This document shows positions 37,726 to 51,980 of a stretch of DNA of 63,616 nucleotides, in pieces (positions within the stretch are counted from its first letter, which is position 1; the number at the start of each line of letters is the position of its first letter). The stretch lies in assembly GCA_051294375.1 (NCBI GenBank), contig CM119263.1:27676568-27740183 (forward strand). The letters are read 5' to 3'. The DNA is from Paraspadella gotoi (taxonomy: Eukaryota; Animalia; Chaetognatha). The notes under the pieces are model-generated. The model made no database searches. It worked only from the letters and a program-made list of their open reading frames with translations, and was not told the origin of the DNA. A program made the translations under genes and the position numbers.

Positions 37726-38315
37726 TCCAACGTGATCAGCACGATCCGCCCACTGGACTCCCCCCCCCAGAATTTATATCCGTTTTTGTGATCCCAAATC
37801 CGTTGAACGGCGAAAATAAAATCGGTAAGAAGAAAAGGATGAGCAAAAGCCTGAGGAGAGAAAGCGGTCGCCGCGGCGGCCAAAAGCGCCCACCGCCAGA
37901 AGAATTCATAGAAAGGCGTTCGAAAACTTACCCAAGCCGCGGGGTCCCGTCGTGCCTTACCCGGCCAAAGATGTCTCGTCGAAACGAAAAAACAAAAGAA
38001 TAAAGAAAATGTTCGGCCGGAAAAAAAGTGGCGTCTGCTGCTTTCCTTTATTTCGAGCGTCAGCTGATCGCGTTGGAGTTGCCACAGATGATTAGCGATA
38101 ATGATAACCGATGACAGTAGATGTTTGACGACGATGAAAAAAGACGCTTTTTTTCTCTTTCGTGTTCGATGTTCGATTTTGGTGACGCACGATTTTGGAA
38201 TTTCGACGACGAACGACGACGACGACGACGACGACGACACAGAAAGAAAAAAATCCCGGATTCGCCAGTGAAAAATCGATAAGGAAATGTCACTCTCTCT
38301 CTCTCTCTCTCTCTG

Positions 38316-38396
<81 letters not shown>

Positions 38397-39591
38397 CTTC
38401 GACGTAGAGGCGTCACGCGCGTAAACAAAAAAAAAAAAAGAAACAAACATAAAACATCTTCGTCGCCACGCAACGCCGCCTCCTGGCGCTGGCGATTAAG
38501 AATTTTTTGGGGTCCGCAGCCGCTGCTGCAGCCGCCGTCGCCCCAGCGGCCGTGGCCGAGGCGGTCTCTGCAGCGGAAAGCGCGCGCGTGAAGGCATCAC
38601 GTGCTGAGGAGTCGTCGCCGTGGGGCGGGCCCGTCACGCCTTGCCCGGAGGAGGAGGAAGAGGAGGAGGAGGAAGAAGAAGAGGAAGAGGACCCTGGAGA
38701 AAGTCGAGAAGGAGAAGAGAGGGGGAGCGTCTTTGGAAGAATAAGAATCCAAGCGGAGATTTCGAGGGGGAGAATGAGGGAGGAAAAGAGGAGGAGGACG
38801 AGGATGAGGAAGACAGGAGAAGGAGGAGGAGGAGGAGGAAGAGGAGGAAAACCTCGAGAGCCGGAAATGAGTGAGAGAAGGAGAAAAGCCGAAGTTGGAA
38901 ATGAAGAGATGGAGACGGAGACGAATCGAGAGACGGACGCCGCCTGCTGAGGCTGTGGATAATCCCGGGCGAAACAAAAGAACACGAGGATCGGATTAAA
39001 TCTGACTTTATCCTCAAGAGGGGGGGTGGGAGAAAAGAATGACATAGAACGGCAAGAATGACAAAACAAAAAACAAAGCTGACAAAAAAGAAAATTACTA
39101 GAGCAAAAAATGACAAAAATATGACAAAAATGACTCAATAGCGATCTATAGTAATTGTGTTAAGACTTTGCTTTCGTATACTTTGTTTTCTCGTATGTTG
39201 TAGCATTAGTGAAAAAAAAACAAAAAAACAAAACTTGTATTCCCGCAGTCATGATTGCAAAACTTGACCAATCACTTCTTGACTTCCGATTGGTCGGTTC
39301 TCTCTACATCTCTTTTTTTCTCAAATATATTCGCGTTCCTCTGATCCGCTCGCCATCTTTGGAGAGTTAAGGGAAAATGGGGTTAGATTGAGCGGGAAAG
39401 AAAAATAAGGAGAAAAAATAAAAGGGAAATGGTGAGAAAAATTTGGCATAAAAAACTGTGACACTGTGATGTATGTTATTAGCTCAGTTCTCTGAGAGGC
39501 GATTATTATGTAGAGCTTTATTTTCCGTTCCTATTTTTTCCACTTTTTTTATTTCCTTAGTTCCTTTCTACTTCATGTTCCTTTTTTTTGA

Positions 39592-39660
<69 letters not shown>

Positions 39661-41188
39661 TTAATTTTAAAAAATGAGTTTTAAAAATGAATTACCTTAC
39701 TTTTCGTAAACGAAATTGCCTCATGGGCCAGAGTAACTTGCGCCCCGGTTTAGTCTATTTCATGTTCATGTTCATGTTCTCACTCTCTGTCTCTCTCTTT
39801 AAGCTTCTCCTCTCGATATTTCACCCTCCTTTCCTCCCCCCTCGCCCCCCATCTCTCCATTCCAACTGAGTGCTTACTTTTCATTATCCTTCTCCAGTTT
39901 TTTCTCTTTTTTTTTTACGAGAAAACCGTCACCTGAGGTCCCTCTTTCCATCTCGCTCTCCATCTAGCCATTTCTCCTTTCTTCTAATATTGACTCATTC
40001 TCTGTCGCGTTCCCCCCTTCTTTTCATTTATCCCTGTGTTTTATTCTTTCGCACATTGATTGCCTTTTGTTTCCCGAGACTGGCTTCGGGGTTTCTTCGT
40101 CGAATGAGTTTTTCTGGATCAAGTTTTTTTTTTCTTTTCTTTATGATTTATCTTCTTCCATGATTTTCTATTTGGTTACTTTTTGTTTATGTTTGTATTT
40201 ATCTTCATTTTCTTTGTATTTTTTACTTTTTTTTTTCATGTTTATTTATGTCTTTATTTGTCTTTTTTTAAATATATTCATATTCAGCGTTAAATATATA
40301 TTTTTAAAGTAATTTTTTTAAATTATATTTATCCTACTCTATATTTTTGTTTTTTTATTTATTCTGTCTGTATATTTCAATATTTTGGTCTTTTTTAAAT
40401 TTATTTGTTACTGAATTTTTTGTATAACTTGCGTTATCGGTAAAACGTTAAAAACCCTGTGAGCCTTTTGTTTACGATTTATTCTTCTCACATTTGAAAA
40501 GAAAGAAATTCGCATCTTAAGTAACGAAAACATCTGGAGTGGGCGTGGCGAGACGTCTGTGAGGAAGAAAACTAACGTTTGATCTATGGAATTTTCAGTC
40601 TGTGCTGTTTTTTTTTTAATTGTTAGTAAATAATAAGTATGTGATTGACGGTTTTTTTAATTTTATTGTTCTTTCCTTTTTTGTACGAGTCTACTTTTAA
40701 AGACATAAAAATAATAAATTTGTACAAATTTAATTAAGAATAATAGATAATATTAGTCATATATTAACTATTTCATTAACGAACTCTTAAAGATTATGCC
40801 TAGAGGAACGAAATGAGAATTAATGAACACATATTAAAACTTAATCCCTTCTTTTCTCTTTGTGGTTCACCTTCTATTAACGTCGTGATCTTTTGTTTTC
40901 TTTATCCTCCTTCAACGAGCGACTTCTCATTTTCCCCTTTTGTCTTTAGTGTCGGCTTTTGGAGGCTTTGTCGTCTTTGTCGGCTTTCCTCTTTTCTCAA
41001 ATTCCTTTGTTCCTTTTGTTTCTCTCTCTTTTCAAAGGGGGCGTTGCGCTTTTTTACTTTTAGTTTAACATCTAAATTTTTTTTCATTTTTTTTCTTTTT
41101 TGTTTTAGCACGAAAAAAAAGAGAGGGTAATAGGAAGAAGACGGAAAGAAAGAACAGAAAAAGGAAGAAAGAAAGTAAAAATTAAATA

Positions 41189-41260
<72 letters not shown>

Positions 41261-41689
41261 ATGAAAAAAAGAATAAATAAATACGCATATATATACAATT
41301 ATATATATAAAGAAAAAATAAAGAACGAAATAATTGAAGAAAAAGAGGGCCCCTAAACAATTTGACACTTCATTTACCGTCTGACAAACAAGTTTTAGAA
41401 AACAACGCCGGATCGGCACGCGGGCATTTAGCAGTAAGCAGCGAATCAGATGAAAAGAGATTATTAATCTTGAAATTACTTTTTATTTTTTACAGTTTAC
41501 CAACAATATTTACAATTTATCGGTTTTTTTATGTCGTCGTCGTTTAATTTTTCTAGTCGTTATAGTTTTCATGGTTGTTATGGTAGTTATTGTTATTTTG
41601 GTGGTAGTTGTTGTTGTTGTTGCAACATGGATTTACATTTCGTATAAAAGGTAAAACATACAAAATTAAATAGTTATCAGTAATTTTTT

Positions 41690-41935
41690 TTTCTCTTGAA
41701 CCCTTTTCCACTCGGACGATTCCATCAAAACGTAATTTCCAGCTTAATCACAATCACACCCACAAACTAAATTTCTTATCGACACGAGTAATCGGCGTTC
41801 AAAGCTAAGGGGGACAGACAGTTAGACAGAGAGACAGACAGACGGACGGACGGACAGACCTTTTTTTTTCATAATTTATCATAATTCAGCGTTCTGAGAT
41901 GACCGGAATGATTTGTTGACAAGATTAAAGGGTTT
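41690..41935 (-). mobile_element. Family-1 HINE fragment
   Basis: Reverse complement of the core and GTCT tract. Confidence 0.55.
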
Positions 41936-43364
41936 GACTAAAGAGCGGCTAAAAAAGCGACTTCAAAAACAGTCGCCACGTCTTGGCTAGCAAAGACTTG
42001 CCAAAGATGGATCATTTAAACCTGGGGTTTAAAATTATCGTTTTTGTCCCCTGGTTAACAATTTGACGACTTTACCGCTAAAAAATTAAAAAAAAAAAAC
42101 ACATTTTCGCCAACTGGCTGGCGAGAAAAGCAGCAAGAAAAAGAAACAAAGCAGCAAGAAAAGCAAGCAAAGCAAAGTGGCGTTCCTGCCATTCGGCGAA
42201 CGGAGCGGCGTCTTTCCCGCCTGGCGCCACGCCAAACGGTCGGCGCCGGACGGCGAGCGTGAATCTCACGTGAGGATCGCAATGGGAAGAGGGGGGGGGC
42301 GACGGGCGGAGGCGTCTGAATACAATAAATTCTCTGGCGTCGCTAGAAAAAAAAATGGGGGGAGGAGGAAGAGCGGGAATAAAACGAGGAGAGGAAAAGA
42401 AAACAATTAAAAAGTAAACAAAACTCAAAAAAACAAAAGGCGTCTTTATTTTAATCAAAAAGATAAAAAAATAAATAAATAAAAAAGAAAAAGAAGAAAA
42501 AAAGACGATAAAAATTTAAAATGGCGTCTTAAAGTTGAAAGGGAAACAAAAGGAGAAAACAAAAAAGAAAAACAGGAAACAGACGCTGAATGGGAGAAAA
42601 TTTAGTCTCTTGAGTCTCGTCGGTTGGATTTTAAAGAAAACGCCTCGACGTCCCGCTTGTCATAAAAAAAGAAGGAAAGATAGAAAGACAGAAAGACAGA
42701 AAGAGAAAAATTTAAACAAAAAATGAAGGAAAGAAAGACAGCATGAAAGGAAAAAAGATAGAAAAAAAGGGTGAAACAAAGAGAGAAAATGAAACTAAGA
42801 AAGAAAGAAACATACAAATATGGTAAAAAGAAAGAGTTGGAAAGAAAGATAAAATAAAAAGAAAGTAAGAAAAACTGAAAAAAGGGCTAAGTCGGCTCTT
42901 TACGCGCACAAGGCCCCGTTATTAAAATGTGTTACGAAAGGAAGATAAAGCGTTGCTCTCTTATCTTCGGCTATGAAAGGGCGACATCAAGCGGCGGCGG
43001 CTGCGGCGGCGGCGGCGGCAGCGGGGGCGGCGGGGAAGGCGCGATGAAGACTTTAATTGTTTTTTCTTTTGCTGTTGTTGCTGTAGATGTTTGTGATGAC
43101 GTGGTAACGGAGGAGGTAAAAATTATGGCAAACGTGATGGTATTGGCACCACCAACGCCGCCATCGCCGCAACAGCCACTTTCACCGCCTCCGCCGCCAG
43201 CGCCTCGTCCGCATCGCTCAAATTTCGCTGCCAAAATGACGGCCTCTTTTTTTTTGGAAGAAGATTGGCGAAGAATGAGAGCGAACAGAGGGCGTGGAAG
43301 GGGAAGCAGAGGGCGCTGAGGCTGAGAGAGAAAAAAAAGAGCATCGGAGGGAGATTGGGGAGAA

Positions 43365-43580
43365 ATGGGAGATGGTGAAGTCATAGAGAAGAGTGGGACT
43401 GTGGGATATGGTGAAGTGAAGGAGAAGTGGCAGATGGTGAAGTGATGGAGAAATTAGAGATGGTGAAGTGATAGGGAAGTGGGAGATTGAGAAGTGATGG
43501 AGAAATTAGAGATGGTGAAGTGATAAGGAAGTGGGAGATGGTGAAGTGATAGAGAAATAGGAAATGGTGAAGTGATTAAG
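43365..43580. repeat. Minisatellite gagatggtgaagtgat...
   Basis: Seen directly. Confidence 0.85.
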
Positions 43581-44878
43581 GTAACGGCAATGAGAAAGTG
43601 GTTGAGGCAAAATGGAAGATTTGCATAATGGGAAGAAAAGCGTAAATTTAACGGATTTAAAGAAAAAAAAATTAAAAATTTTGTTGCGTAATCGAAAGCA
43701 AAAGAAATAAATCGAACGACCTTGATATTTTTTCGCCGGCTGAAACTGCGAGTTTTGATTGGAAAAAAACATTTTATATTTGGACCAATAACAAGGCGAA
43801 TATTTTTTAGCTTCGGTTACATCACTGGAAGCTTTTTATGTGAAAGTTACGTAAATATTTATTTTTTTGAAACGTAATTTTGTGAATTATTCAAGATTTA
43901 AACTTTCCTAAATTAAGTTTGAACTTTGATAAAATACAAGACACTTTAGAAATGTTTTTTTTTAGGATATTTTTTTTTTGTAAAGTTTTTATCTCGTCAA
44001 ACACGATCTCGGAATTATTATAATTTTTTTTACTTCTTTTGTTGGTCATGATAGCTAATCTTACTAATTGGATCGCTGCTTTTTCATTTACCTCTGTTCT
44101 CTTGCTCCATCCACATTAAACACTTCCCTTAGTCCCCTCCCTATCTAACCCCTCCCCAACTCCCCTCTCCATCTAAACCCCCCACGTCCCCGCCAGGACT
44201 CGATCCCCCGACCTTTTCGACTCGAGACGCGACGTCCTTCAATCATCTTTCCCTTTCCGCTTCGACTCCTTCCGCGTCGACGAAGGAGTTGGGGTGGAGA
44301 GGATGTGAGAGGGGGAGGAAGGGGTGTCGGAGTGGCGAGAAGGAGTGGCCAAGATTTGAAGGGGAGGAGACGGTGGAGGAACTTATGGCAGAGACAGAGA
44401 GGTTGTGAGAGGTGAGATATTGGAGTGAATAAAGAATTGTGATTGCAATTCTGAACGGGTTGGTCAGTCAACAGTGAAGAGTATAGAATCTATACTATAG
44501 ATTGAAGACTTTTGACGGAATATTATAAAATAATAAAATTTAAAAGAGAATCAAAGAAAAAAAGTAAGAGTTTGAATGAATTATCTCGAGCAACATTCAC
44601 ATCTTTGTCTTTGTGCAAAATCTGACATAGCGCGTTCTTCAATTTTTTTTTTTTCGAGTTTGCCTTTTGTTTGTGACGAGAAAAGTGAAAAAGAAAATGT
44701 TTATTGTTTGTGATTTTAAACTAATTTGATTATTATTTTCTCTCCGGGAGATAACGAAAATCAGACTAACATTCCTGATTATAATCGACGTCTCATTCTT
44801 TTCTTTCTTTTTTTCTTTTCATTCATTCATTCATTCATTCATTCATTCATTCATTCATTCATTCATTCATTCATTTAT

Positions 44879-44978
<100 letters not shown>

Positions 44979-45529
44979 TCACAATTTTCAGAAGGATAGG
45001 GAAAAAAGGGTTGAGCCTCTCCAAGGGTCTAAAAAAAACCCATGAATCGAACCACAAACGCGAGTTTTATGAAGCCTCTCCTCGTCCGGGCCATTCCGGC
45101 CAAAGTAGAAGATCATTTTTTTCTTAACCGAGAAATTCCTCTCTTTTTTTTGGCGGCAGAGATACTTTTTTTTTCTCTTCAGATTCATTTTCTTTTCGAT
45201 TCGAGGAAAAGAACCTTTTCTCAGAATTGAAAAAAAAAGGATCTTTTTATTTTGGAAGGAGATATTTTGAGTTTCAAAAGGTTTTACTTTTATCAATTTT
45301 TTATCTGAAATTTATCGTTTTTGTGGTGTTCAAAGTATAGTAATGTTAGTAAGTTTTCATGTAAAACATTCGCGTGTTCGATTGAGCAGAGCAAAAAACG
45401 AACAAAACAACAAAACAATCGAAGAGTTGTTTTTTTTCCGCGACTCGACCAAAACAGAAAGAAACTTCGTTTATGGCTTCCAAATTATTGAGCAGTTTTG
45501 GCACTGATGCTTAGAATGACAAGAAGACC

Positions 45530-45585
<56 letters not shown>

Positions 45586-46802
45586 TGCAAATGAAACCAA
45601 AAAAATGAAGGCCGAAATGACGAACAGAAAAAGATGAAAATTTTTGACAATAAGACAATTATATAATTAACATCGAAACATAATTTATTCGCATACTAAT
45701 AACTGTTTGTTTGACTCAATAGACCGTATATATTTCGAGTTTTAAAAATATTAAAACCCACGAAAAAACGCTTTGATTACATCGCGAAAAGAAAAGCCAC
45801 AAAGGAACAGCTTCTATAAGAAAAATGGTCTTGTCTAAAATAACGATAATGACGGGAGTAAAAAAAAAGGTGACGACGACGACGAAGACTACGAAGACGA
45901 CGACGAATACGACGACGAAGACGACGACGAAGACGTTTCACCAAACAAAAAAACTCACACATTAATTTGACAAGTGTTTTCCCGACGAAAAAAAAACAAA
46001 AAACAACTGGCAATTTAAAAATTCAAGCACAAAAAGTCTTAAGATTATTATTATCAAATAGTTTAATGGTTTCTTCAACTTTTTAAAGAGGAAAGACAAG
46101 CGCTGCACTTTTATTCTTTCAGCCCTCGCAATCTACCCTCTTGCATCTCCTAAACCCCAAATTCTTTTGCATCTGCCCATTACATCTCCCCATCGCTAAT
46201 CCCCCTTGCATCTCTCTTCCCTCTCCTCCCCCCGCACCCCGCCCCCCTCCCTAAAGACGAGTCGCCGAAGCGAAGTTTATGTTCTCAGTTGTTTATGCGA
46301 AAACTCTTTTCTCGCCGCGTCATTAACGCCGCGGAAGACGATCTCGCCACGCCACGCTTCTGCTCGTGGCGTAACTAGTCGTCGCGCCACGCGGCCGTAC
46401 AATTATTTCCGCGCCACTCGTCAGTTTTTTAATCTTTTTCACTTTTTTTTTTTTTATCAAACATAAACTTCGGATGTAAAATTCTAATGTTGGCTCAATA
46501 TACATTCGAGCAATTTGAATTAAGAACCAGTCGATCTGGCGCGACACCTAATTTTCCCTTTAATTCGAATCTCTCAAGTCTAAATTAATGTAAAACGTCA
46601 TAATGCAGCTTTAAATGTAACAATATAATATTAGAATGTAAAATAATCCAACGTATAACACCATTAATCTGTCCAAACCGACGACGCAGAGTCTCTCCAT
46701 TAAAGTCACTCAATCGCTTCTCGATGAAATCGCCAATTCGCCTCCACAACCGAATTCAAGTCTTTTTAAAAGGTCCCCCTGTAGCGGCTAAGTATCACTC
46801 GT

Positions 46803-47030
46803 CGCCTGACAGAACCATGAGCGAACAATGCATCGACTCTTAGGTGCTGCCTGACAGAATATCACTGAAGGGCTAAAAGAGGCCGCCTGACAAAACAATA
46901 CTGAAGCATGCATCAAGTACAAAACTTCGCCTGACAGAACTCAGCTGAACAACTAAAATACGCTGCCCGACAGAACCACGCCGCCTGCCAAAACGACGCC
47001 GCCTGACTAAAAGACGCCGCCTGACAAGGC
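46803..47030. repeat. Degenerate array of cgcctgacagaac with variable spacers
   Basis: 8 copies; spacers 32, 23, 31, 23, then 5 nt. Confidence 0.75.
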
Positions 47031-47386
47031 GTCGTTTCCCGACGAATCGACGCCGCGAGTTTTCGGTTCCATCGACGATGGAAGAAAAAATCAGTGAAGG
47101 AGAAAAAAAAAAGAATCGAAGAAAAAGAATCGAGTTGAGTGGTTGAACCACCAACCACCATCACGACTACCACCACTACCACCGCCAAACACCACCACCA
47201 CCATCTCATTCGCCAACATCCTCACCTCCATCGCCACCATCCAAGAAGCAGCAACATGAACATCCACAATTCTACATCAGTACGACAATCATTATCATTA
47301 TCATCGTTATTATCACCATCATAATTAATGTCATTGTCATATGACGCTGTCATCATTATCAGCCTCCTCCTTCTTCTGATCATAGT

Positions 47387-47418
<32 letters not shown>

Positions 47419-47519
47419 GTCACAATAACAGCAACAGCAACAACGGAATGTCTTGAGTAAAAATATGATATGAATGACAATGATAAATATAATAATAGTG
47501 TTTAATGACAGATACAATC

Positions 47520-47774
47520 GGCAGCCAGGGACTAATGCTGTAATTCATAATGGTACTGGCTATGTGATTTTGGCTCCAGCCGGGGCTGAGATTTTGGCTT
47601 TAGCTTGGGCTGTGACCCTAACCAGGGCTAGGGCTCCGGCAAATGACTCGGCTCGCCGAAAAATTTTCCCGCCCGGGGTTCATTACCGATAATAGAGGGC
47701 AAAAGTCGGGAGCGTTGGTCGGCCCGGGGGCCAGAGTTATAATAGTTAGTAGCCATTAGTAGTTGGACTGACCG
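47520..47774. mobile_element. Possible MITE with degenerate ~30-bp terminal inverted repeats
   Basis: cggcagcca..actaatg at the left versus cattagt..tggactgaccg at the right. Confidence 0.35.
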
Positions 47775-48515
47775 CTAAAGTTTTTCGTTATTTAAAAATG
47801 CAAGAAGTAGGGTCTTGTTTTGAAGTGGATTGATTCTCTCTCCTTGTTTAGCCTCTTGGGAAATTCTCTTTCTCTCGGAGAAATTAATAACTGATTCAGT
47901 TTTGGAGGAAAAAGGGAAGCGGGGGGGAGGCGGAGAGAAAGAGGTTGTGAGAGAGGAAAACAAGGTTTTAAACCCGGTTGAGCCACAGTTTTATTATTTA
48001 TTACGCGCTACGTGCTTAGTACGTTTTGTAGTTCATATAGGCCACTTTAAAGTTTCGATAACAATAGTTTTTTTTTTTACTCAGAAAATTAAATTAGTGC
48101 TTTATTTTTTTTATATATTTCTTTGTTGTTTTTTTTCAAAACCCATTTTTAGAGCTTAAATTTAGATTTTTTTCGGCAAGACGATTGCCCTTTTATTTTT
48201 CAACGATGCTATTTTTATTCGGCCATTTTGATCCAACGTCGCCTCTAGCGGCGAACAGGGGGAATTAATCATCGTCTCCTCGCGCGCAAACAAGTTTTCA
48301 ATCTCCATTTAACGGCGGGAATTTGATGGGAACAAAAAAATTGAATGTTCCACGTCACAGACAAAAATTGAACAAAGTTTAAAATATTTTAATATTTTAT
48401 TGTTTTATAACATTATTTTAAATATTTTCTTTGGTTTTGAGAAAATAATAATAATGTCAATATACTAAGTTCTTTTCACCGAGAAAGAGCGAAAAAGAGG
48501 AAAAAGAAAGAAAGC

Positions 48516-48551
<36 letters not shown>

Positions 48552-48699
48552 TTCGTAGTTTTTGGGTGAAACATAGTACGTCTTTTAACAACTCCCCTGC
48601 CGCCTGAAAAAGCACCATCAAGGCGGAAAGGAAAAAGCAAGGGAAAAGGAATAAAGAATAGAGAGAGACAGAAACGGGACTCGGGTTAAATGGCCGAAA

Positions 48700-49005
48700 A
48701 GAGGAGAATGGAAAGGGTTTTTTAAGGCTGAAAATGGAAAAAATGGAAAGGCTGAAAAGGGAAAAATGGAAAAGGTTTTTTAATGCTAAAAATGGAAAAA
48801 ATGGAAAGGCTGAAAAGGGCAAAATGGAAAAGGTCTTTAAAAGCTGAAAAGGGAAAAAAAAATTGAAAAGGGAAAAATGAAAATGGTTTTTTAAGGCTGA
48901 AAAGGGAAAAATGGAAAAGTTTTTTAAAGACCAAAAATGGAAAAATGGAAAAGCCGAAAAGGTTTTTAAAGACTGAAAAGGGAAAAATGGAAAAGGTTTT
49001 TAAAA
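48700..49005. repeat. Degenerate purine-rich minisatellite (ggctgaaaagggaaaaatggaaaagg)
   Basis: Seen directly. Confidence 0.8.
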
Positions 49006-50336
49006 GGGAAGACTAAAGGGACGACTAAAGAGAAGAGTAAAGGGGATTGAAAAAATTCGGAAGGTAATAGCGAGAAAAGTAGGATAGATAACAAGGTAAA
49101 CTGTTTTAACCACATTAAACATTCTACTTAAATGTGCAGGAAAAAAAAGGTCTGCCATATTTTTATTACGGAGAAAAATATATAATGGAGATATTGTGTA
49201 TTAACTTTCCTTTACTGTACGTTTCGAATTTAGAGAAAAACAATTTTTGAATTGTTTGTCAACGAATTATATTTGGACAATCAGTTAGTCGGACATGTTT
49301 CGACTCTGCAGTGAGAGTGTTCTTATGTTCTTATTATATCTTATTGACAGAATCACTGATTTAAAGATTTAAAGATAAAAATAATTTTCAAAACCTGATA
49401 TTTAAGATCTCGTGGAAAGCAACAAGCAACAAGCAGATTGTAAATATTTTCCGCTCTTGAGTTTTTTTAATTTTTTTATTTTTTGTGGTTTTTCAATTTA
49501 ATAAACAAAAAGAAACTGACAGAAAAAAATACCGATTTACTCAGGTTCGCTCGAAGTTGTTATAGAAATTTTCATTTTATTTCTTTCGCCCGTGGGTAAA
49601 CAAACAAACAATCAAAAACAACTAAAGATAAAGAAGTTTGTAGGAATTAAAACATATGAGCATCGAAGGGACTTTAACGCCTCTAGAAAAAAAGATACTG
49701 TCATCGACCAAAAATTCGGTAAATATTTCAAATGAACTTGAGGTATAAATTAAAAGGAAACGAACTTGAGACTAACCTAGAAGTAACAAACGTCGTGTTT
49801 AGCAGAAACAATAAATTCAGATTTCCAGTTTCTCTACGAAGGATCGAGAATCTAAGAGTCGTGGAAGGTCAAAGTCAAGAGCGAATACGAAACCAAACCG
49901 ATTCCGGTTTCTGACAAAGAGTTTGGTCATCGTTAAAGATGAAGAAAACAAGAAACAAAAACTGCGGATGAGATTGACAAATAACAGAAGGAAAAAATAT
50001 AAACAATACGAAGTATCGCATGTGAAACAAAAAACATACAAAAAAAAAAAGATATAAAATAATAAAAGATAAACAAAATACTGCGGATAATATTGACAAA
50101 TAACAAAAGAAAACAAAAGGAAAAAATCAACAAAACTTCGATAAAACATTTTTGGAAAAAATTTTTAAAAAGAATTTTCGTTATTTTTTTGTCTCACGCG
50201 TCAATTGGACAATCGCACAATTGGACTAGAATTTATTAAAAAATAAATAAATAAATAAATAAATAAATAAATACAATAAATAAATAAATAAATAAATAAT
50301 AAATAAATAAAATAAATAAAATAATATAAATAATAA

Positions 50337-50372
<36 letters not shown>

Positions 50373-50405
50373 AAATAAATAAATAAATAATATAATAAAA
50401 AAAAT

Positions 50406-51380
50406 ATGACCTCCCACTTCGTCTTCGAATCTATCTTCGCCGTCACCTTCGCCATCTTGACGACTCTGTGCTGGAGTTACCTCAACATCGTCGTCAACGT
50501 CCTGGAGGACCGACTCGACTGGCTCCTCACCGTTTCCGCCATCGCCGTCTTCGCCGTCCCCACCGCCGCGCCGCTGGCCTTCCACTTCCGCGCCTCGCCG
50601 CTCGGCGACGCCGGCCTGTCCGCCTGGCGCCGGCCTCACCTGGTGCTAGCGCCGGCGGCGGAGGTGCTGGCCAAGGTGCTGATCTTTTGGGCGATGAACG
50701 GATGTCCAGTGGGCGACGCGGTGACGTTGTCGAATCTCCTCGTCGTGTGGACGGCGATCGGCGTGGCAGTGAGGAGACGAAGGGCGCCGAGTCTCGTCAC
50801 AATCGGCGCCATCGTCGTCACACTCGTCGGCGTCGTCCTCATCTATAAACCGACGTTTATCTTCGGCGACAACGATGACAACAACGACAATGAAAGATTC
50901 CCTGACAAGAAACTCTATTATCTCCTGTCTCTCTTAATCTCTCTCCCTTACACTTACATCTTCGTCGCCAACGATTACGTTCAAAGAGGCGGCGCCGTCC
51001 ATTGGTCCGTTTATCACCTCAACTTCGCCATCGTCGCCGTCGTCGTCGTCATCGTCGGGTGGGCGTGTCGCTGGGGCGTCTCTAGTCGTCTCGTCGCTTC
51101 GTGGAGCGGCGTCGACGGACTCGGAGCCGGCGTCCTCGGCGCCATCGACGTGGCGGGGCGCTTCGGTCTCATCTTCGCGTCGCAGTTGATAGATGGCGAC
51201 ATCATCGCCGTTTTGGTCACGCTGGAGATTCCCGTTACTTACGCGCTCGGGTTCGTCTTTCTAAATCAGACGCCCGATGCGGAAGGAATTTGCGGCGTCC
51301 TTTTGATCTTCGGCGCCATCGTGACTATAACTGTGAAAGACGTCGTCGACAACAGGTCTAAAGATCGAATCGAGTATTAG
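50406..51380 (+). CDS. EamA/DMT superfamily transporter, SLC35G-like, intronless
   Basis: 324 aa with multiple TM helices in two halves. 'PVGDAVTL', 'LVGVVLIYKPTFIFG' and 'LEIPVTYALGFVFLNQTP...GVLLI' are typical of SLC35G/EamA repeats. Confidence 0.8.
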   Translation: MTSHFVFESIFAVTFAILTTLCWSYLNIVVNVLEDRLDWLLTVSAIAVFAVPTAAPLAFHFRASPLGDAGLSAWRRPHLVLAPAAEVLAKVLIFWAMNGCPVGDAVTLSNLLVVWTAIGVAVRRRRAPSLVTIGAIVVTLVGVVLIYKPTFIFGDNDDNNDNERFPDKKLYYLLSLLISLPYTYIFVANDYVQRGGAVHWSVYHLNFAIVAVVVVIVGWACRWGVSSRLVASWSGVDGLGAGVLGAIDVAGRFGLIFASQLIDGDIIAVLVTLEIPVTYALGFVFLNQTPDAEGICGVLLIFGAIVTITVKDVVDNRSKDRIEY

Positions 51381-51980
51381 GATCTCGGAGAGAAACTTTG
51401 AATTTGAATCTGGATAATTATTATTGCTTGTTTTAGGTAATATGTATGTAAATAATAAATAAATAATTGAAAGAGGCCTTTTGAAATAATCGTTCATTGC
51501 TATTACTATATACAGTCAGACGAGTTAGGTTGAAAAATTATTTGGAATTATGATTTGGAGATGAAAGTAGAAAAAAGTAGTAAAAAAAAAATACAAAAAA
51601 ACAAAAGACAAAGACTCGTCCAAGAGAAAGACAGGTCGAGAAAGCAAAGGAAAGAAAACTGAATCCAGCGTCCGGAAACGCCGAGCCGTCCAAAACGCGA
51701 TTAAACATTTAAAGAATCTGTGTCACAACATTTCCGACGACAACGACAATGAGTTAAATAGAGTTTTGGCCGCATCGCGAGAGACTAGAAAACCGTTCTA
51801 TCATCGCTCTAATGCTCCACGTTTAATATATTTTTACTTATCTAAGTTATACTTATTTGCAGAAATAAAGCGTCCATATAAACACTTTTTTTTCTGAATT
51901 TATACTTTTTCAATCTTTGTGTGAGCTTTCACTATCCTCTGCGTCTCTCCCCCAAAAAAATATCGTTGGAAGGTTTCATC

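Noticed and set aside
38413-39138. 241-aa GC-rich ORF (and similar ORFs at 42927-43384 and 10393-11022)
   Set aside because: Low complexity, open in several frames on both strands, and no recognisable domain; may be UTR or regulatory islands.
46803-47030. CRISPR array
   Set aside because: Eukaryotic context, the repeat is only 13 nt and degenerate, the spacers are related to each other, and there are no cas genes.
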